Source of the DNA: Octopus bimaculoides | Taxonomy: Eukaryota | Direction: 5' to 3' | Length of the DNA stretch: 64,000 nt | NCBI RefSeq assembly: GCF_001194135.2 | Contig: NC_068987.1 | Coordinates: 109,606,982 to 109,670,981, forward strand | Part shown: positions 26,202 to 39,499 of the stretch, one piece after another | How positions within the stretch are numbered: position 1 is the stretch's first letter | Layout: every line of letters begins with the position of its first letter | Notes under the pieces: model-generated | What the model saw: only the letters and a program-made list of their open reading frames with translations | Database searches by the model: none | What the model was told of the DNA's origin: nothing | Program-made: the position numbers and the translations under genes

Positions 26202-27142
26202 CTCTCTCTCTCTATATATATTTATGTGTGTTTGTGTGTGTGTGTGTGTGTCTGTGTCTGTGTTTGCCTGCCGCCATCGCTCGCTTGGCAACCGATGTTG
26301 GTTCGTTTACGTTCCCATAACCTATTAGTGGTTCAGCTGAAGACACTGACAGAATAGGTACGAAGCTTTGAAAATAAGTATCGGGGGTCGATTTATTCGG
26401 TTAGACCCTTCAGAGTGGTGCTCCAGCATGACCACAGTCCAATGACTGAAAGAAGTGAAAGATAAAAGTTAACAGGCCTAGCTCGAATCTTTGTCGCAGA
26501 TTTGACTCTGCTAAAAGCATTTGTGGGCCATGCGGTGTTGTTTAACCGAATGAAGTATTAAGTTTATCATCCAGAAAATATGAAAGGTCCCTCTGACGGG
26601 TCTGTGATTGAACTCACAACGTCGTAGCTGTAAGACGAACTGGTTAATCCACACAGCCATTGATGAATATTAAGTCTTTCTAATTCTGGCACAAGGCCAG
26701 CAATTTTAGAGAGAGGAGTAAGTCGATAACATCGATTCAAGTGCTCAACTGGTACTTATTTTGTTGACCTCGAAAGAAGCAAAGAGCAAAGTTGACTTCC
26801 GCAGTGTTTAAACTTAGAATGTAAAAACAGGAATAAATGCTACTAGGCATTTTTGTTCGACGCACTAAAAACTCTGCAGATTCGCTGCCTCGCTATTATT
26901 CTTTTATTCTTTTACTTGTTTCAATCATTTGATTGCGGCCATGCTGGAGCACCACCTTACAGGGTTTTTTTAGTCGAAGAATTCGACCGATCTCAGGACT
27001 TATTCTTTGTAAGCCTAGTACTTATTCTATCGGCCTCTTTTGCCGAACCGCTAAGTTACTCTTTCTGAACTCCATTACCCCAGAATCTGCAAAAAACCCG
27101 TCCACCATTTGGCACCTTGGCTAGATTTGGCTGATACTTTAC

Positions 27143-27244
27143 CTCCAGTCTCACATTCGGGTCAGCTCCACTCTTTAATAACATCTCGGCACACAACTCT
27201 CCGTCTTTGGCTTTCGCTGCCAGGTGAAGCGGCATCTCATGTGA
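27143..27244 (-). CDS. TRPN1: TRPN1-like exon (SHEMPLHLAAKAKDGELCAEMLLKSGADPNVRLE)
   Basis: ttccag acceptor, GTAAAG donor, 102 nt; KDGxxCAxMLLKSGA is characteristic of NompC. Confidence 0.95.
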
Positions 27245-28160
27245 CTGGAAGAAAAATACGATAACGGCCATTGCTTGTAATTGAAATTATATAAAGTGTA
27301 ATGTACATGTATAGACTTACGCACGCTCGCACGCACTCACGCACACACTCACACACACACACATATACGCACACGCTCACATATACACGAAACGCGTACA
27401 CACGCAGACATACATACAAATACAAAACGCATACACACATATACACAAACGCATTCGCATGAGAACTAACTCACACACAAACAAATACGAGACAAACATG
27501 CACGTAGTTATACACTCAGATTTAAAAACGAACATACACATATATAATTGCAAATACGAATATGTACACGCACACAAACTTAAACGCACACACACACACA
27601 CACTCATACAAATGTTCATACTCACACATTTCCCCACACATACATAACCACATACGGATACACTGCAGACAACGCCCACTCTACTCTGCATTTATAAATG
27701 AAGTTATTCCATTCAGTACAAAGAAAAGAAAAGAGGCAAAAAACGCACATATAAAAAATATTAAATTTACGTTTTTTCTTGCATAAGACAAGATGATGTA
27801 ATTTATGCAACACAATTATGAAGCAACCTCTCCATCACTCCTCTCCAAATGAGCTCCATTGTTTTCTCAGAGGAAATATCGAAAGCTTCGGGGATCGAGC
27901 TTTTTGGAATATTTTTTAGAGTCAATGATATTTCTATATTATGGGGCGTTAAGAAAATTTTATGATAGTATTTTCGTAATATGAAAATTTTCACTTATAA
28001 AAAGCGTAGATACTGCTGTGTTTAAAAATGTTTGTTTCACTACCACATTGTAGTTCGATGAAAGACATTTCCATCGGTGACCATCCTTTCTGTTTTTTCG
28101 AAAGTGTGTGTGGTTCGTCTCTTTATAAATTGTCAAGTAAACATTATGTATAATGACGAT

Positions 28161-28719
28161 CACGAGGGGCATTCCAGAAGTTTTTAGACTATTTTAGAAT
28201 AAGTAGTTATAACTGTCATAGATTATTGTAATTATAGAATATCCTTTCTGTACATCTAATAAGCTGACCTGCCGACTTTTGTTATTCCAGATTGAAGGAA
28301 ACGGCTGTAACGGCACTTTGAACTCACAGCTTGTCACAGCTTATTAAACTCTGCTTGTCACAATTCCATCCAGATAACGGACTACTTGACAGATATGAGC
28401 CTCAAAACTGCCCCTCACCCTCCCTACAGTCCAGACCTTATACCCTGTAAGTTTTGGTTGTTCCTCCCCCCACCCCAAGCTGAAGGAAAATCTCAGGGTC
28501 AGTCGTTTTGAAGACATTAAGAAAATGGAGGCTGTGACAAGAGTCCCGGACACATTCACCTTGGAGGTTTTCCACGGGGCCTTCACGAACTGGCTGGTGT
28601 GCTACAAGTGCATTGAAGTTAGAGGATTCTACTTTGAAGGAAATTAGAACTTTGTGCTTCTTTGAAATTAATAAATGTCTCTCTCCTTAAAAAGTCTAAA
28701 ATCTGGAAGACGCCTCGTA
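28161..28719 (+). mobile_element. Internally deleted mariner transposon
   Basis: TIRs cgaggggcattccagaag / ctggaagacgcctcg-ta; decayed SPDL-PC-FWLF-PKLKENLR..RFEDI C-terminal motifs. Confidence 0.85.
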
Positions 28720-29012
28720 TTTATTCATCATCATACAAAGAAAGTATCAACGAGCAATATATATTTGATAATATGCTATTTCTAAGCAAGTTGAGCAACC
28801 ACACGGAGACTTCACACAGAGGCCTCAAATACAGGCCTGTTCATTGGCTTAGATACTTGCGCTAAGGTGCGAATCTATATACTAAGGTTCGAACCTTGAA
28901 TGTTATTTACAATACTGCTACAGATATTTGTGTTATATACTAAGGCATGACCCCTGAATATTATATACAATGTTGCTACTCTGGTGAATTATATAGCTAC
29001 GCTAGGTATGAC

Positions 29013-29659
29013 CAAGGCCGGTCTTAAATGAATTAGACAGACTTGTTTAAATTGGGCCTCGCACCAAGAGAGGGCTCTGCGCCAATAGAGAGTCCCGCAC
29101 CAAGAGAGGGTCCCGCGCACATGCTCGAACGGAGGACGCCATGATGAATTTTTAGTATATCATTGTGGCTAATGTGGTGGAGTGGAGGCACAATGGCCCA
29201 GTGGTTAGAGCAGCGGACTCGCGGTCGGAGGGTCGCGGTTTCGATTCCCAGACCGGGCGTTGTGTGTGTGTTTATTGAGCGAAAATACCTAAGGCTCCAC
29301 GAGGCTCTGGCAGGGGGGTGGGGTGACCCCTGTCGTACTCTTTCGCCCCAACTTTCTCTCACTCTTTCTTCCTGTTACTTGGGTAAAGCTGCGATGGACT
29401 GGCGTCCCGTCCAGCTGGTGGTGGTGGTGGTGGGGCAACACATACGCCATAGAAACCGAGAAACCGGGCCCATGAGCTTGGCTAGGCTTTGAAAGGGTGA
29501 AAGAAGAAAGAATGTGGTGGAACCTCAAGCCTCCAAAGCTTTTTGGCTGGGAATAGTGTACTACACAAACTATAAAGCATCAATCTTCAGTTTTACAGAG
29601 TAGAGGGTTCCACTGACAATTCTCTAATTGGGTCCCGCACTTCTTAGCGCCGGCCCTTG
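29013..29659. mobile_element. hAT (Tip100-like) non-autonomous element with a nested SINE
   Basis: Imperfect TIR caaggccggtctt / agcgccggcccttg; subterminal gggtcccgcacc repeats; no clear TSD. Confidence 0.5.
29184..29500 (+). mobile_element. tRNA-derived SINE family C; second copy at 56855-57140
   Basis: A box tggcccagtggttag, B box ggtttcgattccc; two copies align along their length. Confidence 0.88.
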
Positions 29660-29842
29660 GTTTGAGATCTTTATATTAGATGGTCATATGTAACTCATGT
29701 GTATTCTGACATGTACTTTGACTGTACTGGATGCCAAACAAGGATCCTTGAAGAATCTTTATTTTCAAGGTTTTTAAAATGAAAATAAGGCAGAGTAAAA
29801 AAATCAAAACAAACAAAACAAAATAACAATTTTGATGCTCAC

Positions 29843-29944
29843 CTTTCCTGCTTTACCATCAACCCGTGCTCCGAAACCAAGCAAAACTTGTACAACTTCA
29901 GGATGCGAGTGTTTCACTGCTAAGTGCAGGGCTGTGTAACCATC
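29843..29944 (-). CDS. TRPN1: TRPN1-like exon (DGYTALHLAVKHSHPEVVQVLLGFGARVDGKAGK)
   Basis: acacag acceptor, GTGAGC donor, 102 nt; LLGFGA motif as in NompC. Confidence 0.94.
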
Positions 29945-29974
29945 CTGTGTGCGTTGGGGAGTAAAAAAAAAACA

Positions 29975-30310
29975 GTGTAATGAGTGACGACGTGGTAGGG
30001 AGAATGTGGGTGAGGGGAAAGATCGTCTTGGAAATAATATGTGGGGCTTAGTGTAATGGAATATAGCGTGGTGAGAAGTAGAATGATGGGAAATAATCCT
30101 GTGGGAAATTGTGAAGTGGGAAGTGGTATGGTGAGATGTAGTGTGGTGGGAAACAGTGTGGTGGGAGATAGAGAGATGGGAAAGAGTGGTGGGAAATGAA
30201 GTGATAGGACGAAGAGTGGTGGGAAATAACGTTTTGGGGGAGATAAGAATGTGGGAAACAGAGTGGTAGGAAAATGGTGGGAAATAGTGTGGTGGGAAAT
30301 AGTGTGACGT
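29975..30310. repeat. G-rich degenerate repeat (agtgtggtgggaaat)
   Basis: More than 10 recurrences of gtggtgggaaa-like units. Confidence 0.75.
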
Positions 30311-30379
30311 GAAATATAATTTGGTAGATAGTAAATTTTCATGAATGATTTACTATGAACCAAATGAGAATAACCTAGG

Positions 30380-30565
30380 CATCTTGAACACCCAAGAAAC
30401 TGCTGGCAATTGTAAAGACAAGGAAACTGAAATGGTGTGGCCATGTCACAAGAATCTCCAGCATAGTAAATAACAGTCCTGCAGGGCACAGTGGAAGATA
30501 GACGAAAATAGGGCAGGCCAAAGAAAAGATGGGATTGTAATATCAAAAAGGGGACAGGCTTCAAT
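30380..30565 (+). mobile_element. RTE LINE 3' fragment
   Basis: IVKTRKLKWCGHVTR...VLQGTVEDRRK*GRPKKRW. Confidence 0.75.
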
Positions 30566-31292
30566 TACGCCGACTCACAACAGAGGGTAGTAGAAGACCG
30601 AGAGAAGAAGCGTAGTTTAGTGTGACGTCATCAGTGAAGGCACCAACGACCAAACGGACAAAGGATAGATAGAGTAAGAACAGGAAATACAACTGGACTA
30701 CTCTGCATTCTTTGTGTGTATATACGTATATGTATGTATGGAGGTAGGTATGTAGGTATGTATGCTTATGTATGTATGTATGTGTGTGTGTATGTATGTA
30801 TGTATGTATGCATGCATGCATGTATGTATGTATGTATGTATGTATGTATGCATGTATGTATGTATGCATGTATGTATGTATGTTTATGTATGTATGTTTA
30901 TGTATGTGTGTTGGTATGTATGTTATGTATCTATGTGTGTATGAAAGGTGAGCAAATAATGAAAAAATTGTATTGACAAAATGAGGAAAATTCCAATTCC
31001 ATTAAAATGCTTTTTGCAGTTTTGTAGTTGTTGTTGTTATTGTTGCTACTGCTGCTGCTGGTGTTGTTGATGTTAATATTGTTTAACTCCGGGTCAAATT
31101 TTATCGAACTTACTTATAATCAAAAGCATTCCAAGTGTGACGACCCCGTCTTTTTACATTATCAAATGTTGAGGTTCACTTATTGGATTGTCGATAACAA
31201 TGATGATGGCGGTGGCGATGATAGTTTTGATGATGACGATGATGATGATGATGATGATGACGACGACGACGACGATGACGATGATGACTTAC

Positions 31293-31391
31293 CTTGGTTT
31301 CTGTATCCACCGCAGCCCCTTTTTGCAATAGTGCCTTCACCACAGACACATGGCCGTTCATTGCAGCAACGTGAAGGGCGACAGCTCCTGA
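31293..31391 (-). CDS. TRPN1: TRPN1-like exon (SGAVALHVAAMNGHVSVVKALLQKGAAVDTETK)
   Basis: catacag acceptor, GTAAGT donor, 99 nt. Confidence 0.93.
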
Positions 31392-31619
31392 CTGTATGAA
31401 AGGAAGACAAAAAAAAAACAAAGCATAAAAGACATACCACAGCAGCCTTGTTTGCACGGAAATATACATGATCACACACACACACACACACACACACNNN
31501 NNNNNNNNNNNNNNNNNNNNNNNNNNNNNNNNNNNNNNNNNNNNNNNNNNNNNNNNNNNNNNNNNNNNNNNNNNNNNNNNNNNNNNNNNNNNNNNNNNNN
31601 NNNNNNNNNCACATACAAA

Positions 31620-33060
31620 ACTTCCCGCACGTATACATTGAGTATTGAGGATTAGGCTGGCGAGATCACGAATAACCCACTTTCTTGAAAGGAGCAGCCT
31701 GCTGAACCCCAACCAACGTGGGTTCCATAATGGAAGGAACTGCCTAACGCAGCTCCTGCATCACTTTGATGACATTTTGAGAGCTTTGGGAGAAGGCTCC
31801 AAAACCGATGTCATCTACCTTGATTTCAACAACGCTTTTCACAGGGGTGGTCATAAGATTCTTTTGGAAAAAAAACCTATCCAACATTGGTTTCTCTGGA
31901 AAGTTACTACGCTGGATCAAGTGTTTCCTGACAGACAGAACCCAGCACATTGCAGTCGAAGGAGTAAAATCAAGCCCGGTCAAAGTCAGTAGTGGTGTTC
32001 CACAAGGCACTGTGTTGGACCCACTTCTCTTCATCATCTACATTAATGCCATTACTGACATCATCAAGCACAGCAACATAAGAATTTTTGCAGATGATTC
32101 CAAGCTCCAGAAGGTTATCAACGAAGTGGGTGACTGGACATGCCTTCAGTCAGACCTACTGGCTGTTATCCAATGGGCGGAAAAGAATAATATGCTGCTG
32201 AATGAGGACAAATTTGAGTTAATACGCTTTGGAAAAGAGGATACTCTGAAACTCCCATACTCCCTTCACTCAGGTGAAACTCTCATGACATCCAACAACA
32301 TCGGAATCTTGGGAGTAATTGCGAACAACAACATAAGCTGGACCGCTTATATAAACAGCGAAGTTGACATGGCCCTCAGAATGTGTTCCTGGATTCTTAG
32401 AACTTTCAAATCAAGAGATATCCACACCATTATCCTTCTCTACTCTACTTTTGCCCGACTCCACCTTGAATACTGTTGTCCACTGTGGTCTCCACACACG
32501 AAACAAAGTATCATGAAAACTGAAGCACCTCAAAGGTCAATTACAAACAAGATAGATGATATGACATGCCTTGACTATTAGGGTCGATTAGAAAAGCTCA
32601 ACCATTATTCTTTTCAACGCCGCCGTGAGCGCTACATCATCTGCGGGATGTAGAAAATATTCCATCATAATTTCCCAAATGATATTGGCATCGCCTTTAA
32701 GATACACCCAAGACTTGGACCCCGTGCTATCCGCCCACAACATAAATCATACTTGCATCTCATAACAACAATACGGCACAATTATTTCACCTCAATTGTC
32801 TCCACTCTCTTTAACATTACACCAAAACACATTAAAGTAGAAACAGACCCCACAAAGTCCAAGAAGTCTTTGGACAGATTCCTTGAAGAAATCCCGGATA
32901 AACCTCCTACATCCGGATGTATCTCCGTAAACAATAACCCTCTACTTGAGTGGGCCGTGTTGTCCGAATACTGATTTGAATGACTTCGCCAGGTGGTTTT
33001 ATTAAGGTAGACATGGCCTGGACCAGTACTAACTGAAACCTATCAAAGCATCAAAGTATA
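31620..33060 (+). mobile_element. 5'-truncated CR1-clade LINE (RT domain, frameshifted)
   Basis: NQRGFHNGRNCLTQLL, DVIYLDFNNAF, SGVPQGTVLDPLLFIIYIN, FADDSK, HLEYCCPLWSPH motifs. Confidence 0.93.
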
Positions 33061-33299
33061 CGTGCTTGGGCGTAAACAAGTATTTTTGCAGTCAAATATG
33101 TGTATTTGTTAATGTGGTACAGGAGTGTGTTTATACGCAATATCGTATCCGTTGGGCGGGTGTGAGTTCTGTATCTATGTCAGAATGCAACGTATACGTA
33201 TGCCATTCACACACCAAATATCCCATCCTCTCATCCAATGAACTATGCCCATGCCAGCTAATGATTACCCTCTCCTCGAAGCAATCAGTTTAACTAACC

Positions 33300-33316
33300 T
33301 CCTTCCCGTCATTTAT

Positions 33317-33367
<51 letters not shown>

Positions 33368-33800
33368 TCGATTAATTGATTCAAATTCCCTCTCATGTTA
33401 TCTTTTTTACTAACCACACACCTCCTCTCAGCACTTTTTCTCACCCATACATGCACTTAGCCACCCAGTTATTCAAACATCTGCACAACAAACCAATCGA
33501 AGCATCTCACTTAAACAGCCATCTAACTATCCAACCAGCCAGCCAGCCAGCCAACCAACCAAGCAACCAATCAACCAAGAAAGCAATCAAGCAACCAAAC
33601 AAACAATCAAGCCACAAAAACACCAATAAACAAACAGATTAACCAAACCAACAACAAACCAACTGAGCAACTGGCCAACGAATTAACCAACCAGCCAGCC
33701 AGCCGGCCAAACAATCAGCTGTTAACCTAACCAATCAATAAACCGACTGACCACCAAACCAACAAGTCAACCAGCTTGCATTCCCTCCTTAATGTACCAA
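33300..33800. repeat. (CCAG)n and degenerate (CAAC)n array
   Basis: Direct reading of the sequence. Confidence 0.85.
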
Positions 33801-33836
33801 CCAATTAATCGATAATTAATACATCATATGATCTAC

Positions 33837-34037
33837 CTTGTTTGGCATGTTGAGAGGAACTCCTTTCTTCAAGAAGAACAAAACGGTGTTTTGGTGACCA
33901 GCATTGGCAGCGAAGTGCATGAGTGTGTTACCGTTTTTAGCTCGTGCCACAATGCTGGCTTTGAATTTCTCAATGAGTATATCCATTGCTTCAGTGTTGT
34001 CTCGTTCGGCGGCGATGTGAAGCGGAGTCTTGTCCAG
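33837..34037 (-). CDS. TRPN1: TRPN1-like double-ankyrin exon (LDKTPLHIAAERDN...KFKASIVARAKNGNTLMHFAA...KKGVPLNMPNK)
   Basis: cttgtag acceptor, GTAGAT donor, 201 nt; KFKAS and KKGVxLxMPNK motifs are characteristic of NompC/TRPN1. Confidence 0.95.
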
Positions 34038-34081
34038 CTACAAGCAAAGAAATACATGACATTACGTAAACATCTTCGACT

Positions 34082-34277
34082 CCGTATTTGATGGTATAAA
34101 AAACGAACGGCCATATAAGACGAACTCCAATTTCAGCAGCGCACATTCGGAGAAAGAAGCTTTTAGTGCTTTAAAGCTTATGGGAGGCTTAACTCTGCAT
34201 ATAGGACCTGGGGTAATTTTTGGGGAAATTTTTGTGGAAAAAGAAAAAAAACGTGTTATATATACCATTAAATACGG
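34082..34277. mobile_element. Tigger/pogo-like MITE
   Basis: TIR ccgtatttgatggtata / tataccattaaatacgg-ta. Confidence 0.65.
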
Positions 34278-34388
34278 TAAGTGATATAATACTGCATTTA
34301 GACTGATACATTGCTATTCGCGCAAACTGTATCACCATAACACACATATAGACACAAGCATACACTCACTCACACACAGACACACACA

Positions 34389-34464
<76 letters not shown>

Positions 34465-35428
34465 CATTTACTGAGTTTACTTCGTCACACACTGCAGACG
34501 TGTATCGGCCTTAGGATATCATCAAGCAAATAATATTAACGTTTGATTGTATTATTCAAAGAGTGAAACATGATTGCAAGGCATATCGAAATTAATCAAA
34601 TAAATTAATAAATATTATTTCCTAATATCCCGGCGGTTCTCTAATTTACAAACTAGTATGGTTTATAGTAATTTTTTAACGACGATGAATTATTTCCTTT
34701 TTGGTTTTGAATTACGTCTAGCCATCTCAATTATTTTATAATTTTCACATTACCACTTTGCGAAATCAGCCGCTATTTCCTATGGTAAATTCTATAAATA
34801 CTGACAAGTGAAATTTCAGCTTTACCACTCTCAGTGGAATAAGCAGAACTGATGAGCATTCATTTTCATGCGGAATCGGCCAGTCTAATGTCGTCGCTTG
34901 CAGTAGGGAAGTTGTCACCCTTGTGAGTACATAGAACATGTGCTTTTGTGGCTAAAGAGTCTTTAACTTTTATTTCTGGCCATGCTGGTGCTTCCTGCAC
35001 CCTTGGTCACTTTTTAGTGACGGTGAATAAGTTCCTTTTTGGTTTTAAATTGCGTCTAGTCACCTTAATTTTATNNNNNNNNNNATATATGATATTTAGT
35101 ATATCTTACATTGTCTCTGGTTCTCAAATTCATGCTACTGGCTACTGTAAGTTATTTCTCTTAGATTTCTTTGCTACACAGCCTGGATGTTATCTACTCC
35201 ATTTCCTAAATTTGGATTTTTATTCTCAAACACAGCAACCCCAGTTCCTCACCGTGAACTATAAAATAACTCTTTTCAGCTCATCGAACTTCGATATGTA
35301 AAAGACTTGCAACCTTCTCTGTCAATAACTACAGTTGTTACTGAAAGTTGATTTTATACATTCTACGGATCGCCCGACGCTTACTAACTTCCTACACCTG
35401 GATCCGTGGATCTTACCTTTACATATTA

Positions 35429-35482
<54 letters not shown>

Positions 35483-35621
35483 ATGTATGTATGTATTAGG
35501 AAGTTAAATGTTAAGCACTTTATTGTGAAACTAATGGTCACTCTATGACCAGCCGTAACATTTAACTTCCTAAAAATATACTATTGCTCGGATATATGCT
35601 CGGACGATATGTATGTATATA

Positions 35622-35849
35622 TTGGGTTGTCCGGAAAGTTCGTGCCGATATTTAAAGGAAAGAAAAAGGTCAATAAATACTTGCCATTACATTTTTAATC
35701 AACCAAATACGAAGCATTTTGTTGCACAATGCGTCTCCATCTTTCCTTTAACTTGAAAACACCCTCTTTCCAGAATTGAGGTGGTTTCGTGGCAAATAAG
35801 TCGAAAGGTAAGCTACTATAAATCGGCACGAAATTTCCGGACAACCCGA
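35622..35849 (-). mobile_element. Mariner MITE
   Basis: About 28-bp TIRs ttgggttgtccggaaagttcgtgccgat / atcggcacgaaatttccggacaacccga, TA flanks; FWKEGVFKLKERWRRIVQQNASYLVD* transposase end. Confidence 0.88.
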
Positions 35850-36538
35850 TATATATGTGTGTATGTGTGTGTGTGTTTGTGTATCCTCCTCTCATTCCTT
35901 AGTCCCTCCACCACACTTCCTCTCTCCTACCTCGTGAGCGGTGTCCAGTCAAAGCAGATCGTTCTTTTTCAACTTGCTGCTGACGCAGCCAGACACGTTT
36001 GTATTCAGTCTGTCAAAGATTTTTTTCCATTTCTTTGCGCTACCCGTATACGTATAATTATTCCTTCTGCTTATTGTACAGCCGTAAAGGCATTTTCTAT
36101 TGTGTATAACCTTATTTTGTCCTGTCCTCGCACACATTCGTCAGCTTTTTCCTATAGCTCTACGCTCTGGCGCTCCCGTTAGATAACAGTGGTCTTGGTT
36201 TAAATAACGTGAAACCATCATAACTTCTCAGCTACCAACTGATGAGAAAGTCAGTTGCAAATGTTCCTTGTATCGTGTTTTTGTCTCCATTTTCTGTCCG
36301 TCATGTTTTTGCCCAGTTTTCGTCTATTTTCCCCTTCTCTGTCTAAGTTTATATATAATATAATATAATATAATATAACTTTGTATTTGTATATTTTAGC
36401 TTGTGTGTGAGTTATATCAAACGCTGATAATGTATTATAAATGACAGAACTAAAATTTCTGCGAAAAAAATAAACAAATAAAAAACAAAACAAAAGACTA
36501 AAAAAAAAGAAGCGAAAACGATCGGTGTTGACTGAAAC

Positions 36539-36640
36539 CTTGTCCCCGATGTTAGGATCAGCACGTAGTTGCTGTAAGCATTTCAATACCACTTCGTCTC
36601 CATCATATGCTCCTAAGTGTAGAACAGTCTGAAGATTGCT
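36539..36640 (-). CDS. TRPN1: TRPN1-like exon (SNLQTVLHLGAYDGDEVVLKCLQQLRADPNIGDK)
   Basis: atttcag acceptor, GTTTCA donor, 102 nt, phase 0. Confidence 0.88.
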
Positions 36641-37286
36641 CTGAAATCAAAGGAAATATTGTTTAAAAATACAATCGATAGGATAACATTCGTAAGCTTA
36701 CACTAAGCATTGAGTAAACAGAACACAGGATATTTGAGGAACTGTATATTTAAAGCTTGTGTATTTGAGGTATTGGTTATGTAACTGTCTTTATTGATTT
36801 GATTTGGAGGAAAGCGTATGAAGAAGGTAGCGGAGAGACTGCAAGGAAGTCCTTCTGCGATCAATGAGATTGGGTTGGTTAATTACCCGTGAACAGAGAC
36901 CTCGAAATTCGAATTCAGGTGCGTCTCACGATGGAATACTGCTTTCAATATACATACATAATTATTACAATTAAAAGGGTAAAGGATTATCAATTTATCA
37001 ATAAATTAATAATTAATAATTTTTACCAAGCCCTTCGGTATGTAAGCACCATTATCGGTGTGGAACTTATTTAAAAGTTCTTATACATTTATAAACAAAA
37101 TTAAGGGATCAGCAACAGGTTGCTTCACCACATACCGAAGTTCAGAAATAGCAGCTAAAAGATGCTGAAACTCCAACAGATAGCAGTTACCCGCAACTCA
37201 CATAGGCAAAACAAGAAGAAAAATAACGAACTAAACTAGCCATAGTTAATCATAGTTAATAGTCATAGTTTTGTGTACATACATAC

Positions 37287-38027
37287 ATATGTGTTTTTAT
37301 ATTATTAATAAATTCATAAACTTATCAATAATATACTCAGGAAATCAATATTTAATATTTCGAAAGACATACATCCAATATGACGCGGCAACATAATAAA
37401 TTTAAAATTTAAAATATAAATATACGAAATATAAATATCAATATGTATAAAAATCTGAATGTAGATAAATATACGTGTGAATATAGATGCGTATAAAAAT
37501 TTATGCGTAACTAAGCATGAATATTGTAAAGTCTAAAATATAAAATATAAAAGAACCTAAAATTTAAAGAGTTAAATATCTTACGATCGTTTCGCGGATA
37601 TTACTATAATCACAAAGTGATCCAAAGATCAGCTTATCAGTAATTCCGCTCTTAAAAGAATGCCTTCCATCTCATTCTTTTGATTAGGTCATTTGTTTTC
37701 TGTAGTAATAATAATAGATAAGTGTCATTAGATGGAATTGGTATATCTTTCAATGAAATCCCTAAATATTGTTTTTCCATGTTGAATAAGTTCAGTATTA
37801 AGTGCTCGTTATATATGGAGCCAAGCATAACTTTTATAAGTAATATTCTAAAAGATGTATGTCTTTCGAAATATTAAATATTGATTTCCTGAGTATATTA
37901 TTGATAAGTTTATGAATTTATTAATAATATAAAAACACATATATACACATTTATTTGCTCAAAATAATTGAGCACTCAATATAAGTTCAGTTATATATTC
38001 TTTTAGAATATTACTTATAAAAGTTAT
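37287..38027 (-). mobile_element. Penelope-like 5' fragment bracketed by perfect 89-bp inverted repeats
   Basis: MEKQYLGISLKDIPIPSNDTYLLLLLQKTNDLIKRMRWKAFF* matches the PLE N-terminal SLKNIPIP..RMRWKA motif; 37287-37375 is the reverse complement of 37854-37942. Confidence 0.8.
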
Positions 38028-38104
38028 ACATGCATACATATGCATATATCCAAATATATATGTACATACCTACATCTATATGTATACATACATGCATATA
38101 TGGG

Positions 38105-38490
38105 TACAGGATATCACAAAAAACGTTAAACACAATGAGAAAAGAAAACACAAAGACCCCCTTCATATAGGACCCCCTTCAGTCATGAATGACCATGGGA
38201 TTGCACCTGGAAAGTTCCACTCCAATCAGGTTGTTTGTGGAAGACCAGCAGTCGCCCATGCATACCAGCCTACCCTCTCTACGTCACTGATGTTAACCAC
38301 GAGAAAGGCAAAGGCCGGCCGATACAGCTTGGCACCAGTGATGTCGCAACTCATTTCTACAGCTGAGTAGAACTGGAGCAACGTAAAATGAAGTGTCTTG
38401 TTCAAGAATACAGCACGCAGCCCGTTCCGGGAATAGAAAACTCACAATCGTAAGCTCGACGTTCTAACCACTGAGCCATTCGCCTTCACA
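38105..38490 (-). mobile_element. tRNA-headed SINE with RTE-like 3' part
   Basis: Head gtgaaggcgaatggctcagtggttagaac on the - strand; body differs from families A-C. Confidence 0.6.
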
Positions 38491-39054
38491 CACACNNNNN
38501 NNNNNNNNNNNNNNNNNNNNNNNNNNNNNNNNNNNNNNNNNNNNNNNNNNNNNNNNNNNNNNNNNNNNNNNNNNNTGATATCATTTACAACATCTCTTAA
38601 AATATCACCTGACTCATTTGTATATCTTCACCAGTGAATATCCTTTGACAAGCAATGACTATTGCAGGTGACCACTACGTATTTCGGACACTGAATATTA
38701 GGGTCTCCTAGCGGCATTTTATATCAACAAAAATCATATTCAATGTTGTTAGACAGGGGAAGACCAATAAAGGGCAAAAATCAATACAATGAAGTTTATT
38801 AACCTGGCCCCTAAAAAACCCAAACCCCGAAGACTTATAGTGTGCCATGATGAGAATAAGAATTCAAGCAACAGTAGCAACAACAACGACAGTAACAAGG
38901 CGATGACAACAAGGACGACGACGGCCACCACATGGACGATAGCAACAACATCAACAATAACAACAAAAACAACAGCAACAACAACGATACTGTTTTACTA
39001 TGTCTTATTTCAATAAAACTTTATTTTTAGTTTTTGAGGTAGACAAAAACTCAC

Positions 39055-39153
39055 ATTCTGAATATTCACAGGAGTTCCGGATTCGACCAACAACCGCAAA
39101 ATTTCAATGTTTTTCTTCCGGCAAGCGATATGTAACGCCGTATCACCAATTGT
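39055..39153 (-). CDS. TRPN1: TRPN1-like exon (TIGDTALHIACRKKNIEILRLLVESGTPVNIQN)
   Basis: actcag acceptor, GTGAGT donor, 99 nt; canonical ankyrin repeat similar to NompC GDTALHLAARRRDVDMVRILVDYG. Confidence 0.92.
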
Positions 39154-39499
39154 CTGAGTCAAAAGAGAGAGATAAAAAAGATGGTGGAACAATATAGTAC
39201 ATGCAGCTTCTTTTATCACTGACTCGTTCATCACTGATCCAGGATAACACGGTACTCGCAATTGTGAACCACGTTACGTTTATCACGGTTTGATCTGTGA
39301 CAATACGGGCCGGCGATTAGTCGAGGTTTTGCTTGTATAGCAAAAATGCGCATCAGTGACTAACCACAATGCTTAACTACCCAGAATTCACTGACCATCG
39401 TTTGAGTTTATTTGCATCACCGTGGTGCAAGGTTTCTTTTTTTTTTTATATATATGAATTTTCGCACTCGTGTCCACCGACATGGGACCAATGTTAGCT

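Noticed and set aside
29920-30564. 214-aa minus-strand ORF
   Set aside because: Antisense of a G-rich repeat plus an RTE fragment
34843-34900. CTGATGA-gcat/atgc hammerhead-like motif
   Set aside because: GAAA is replaced by GGAAT and there is no stem I
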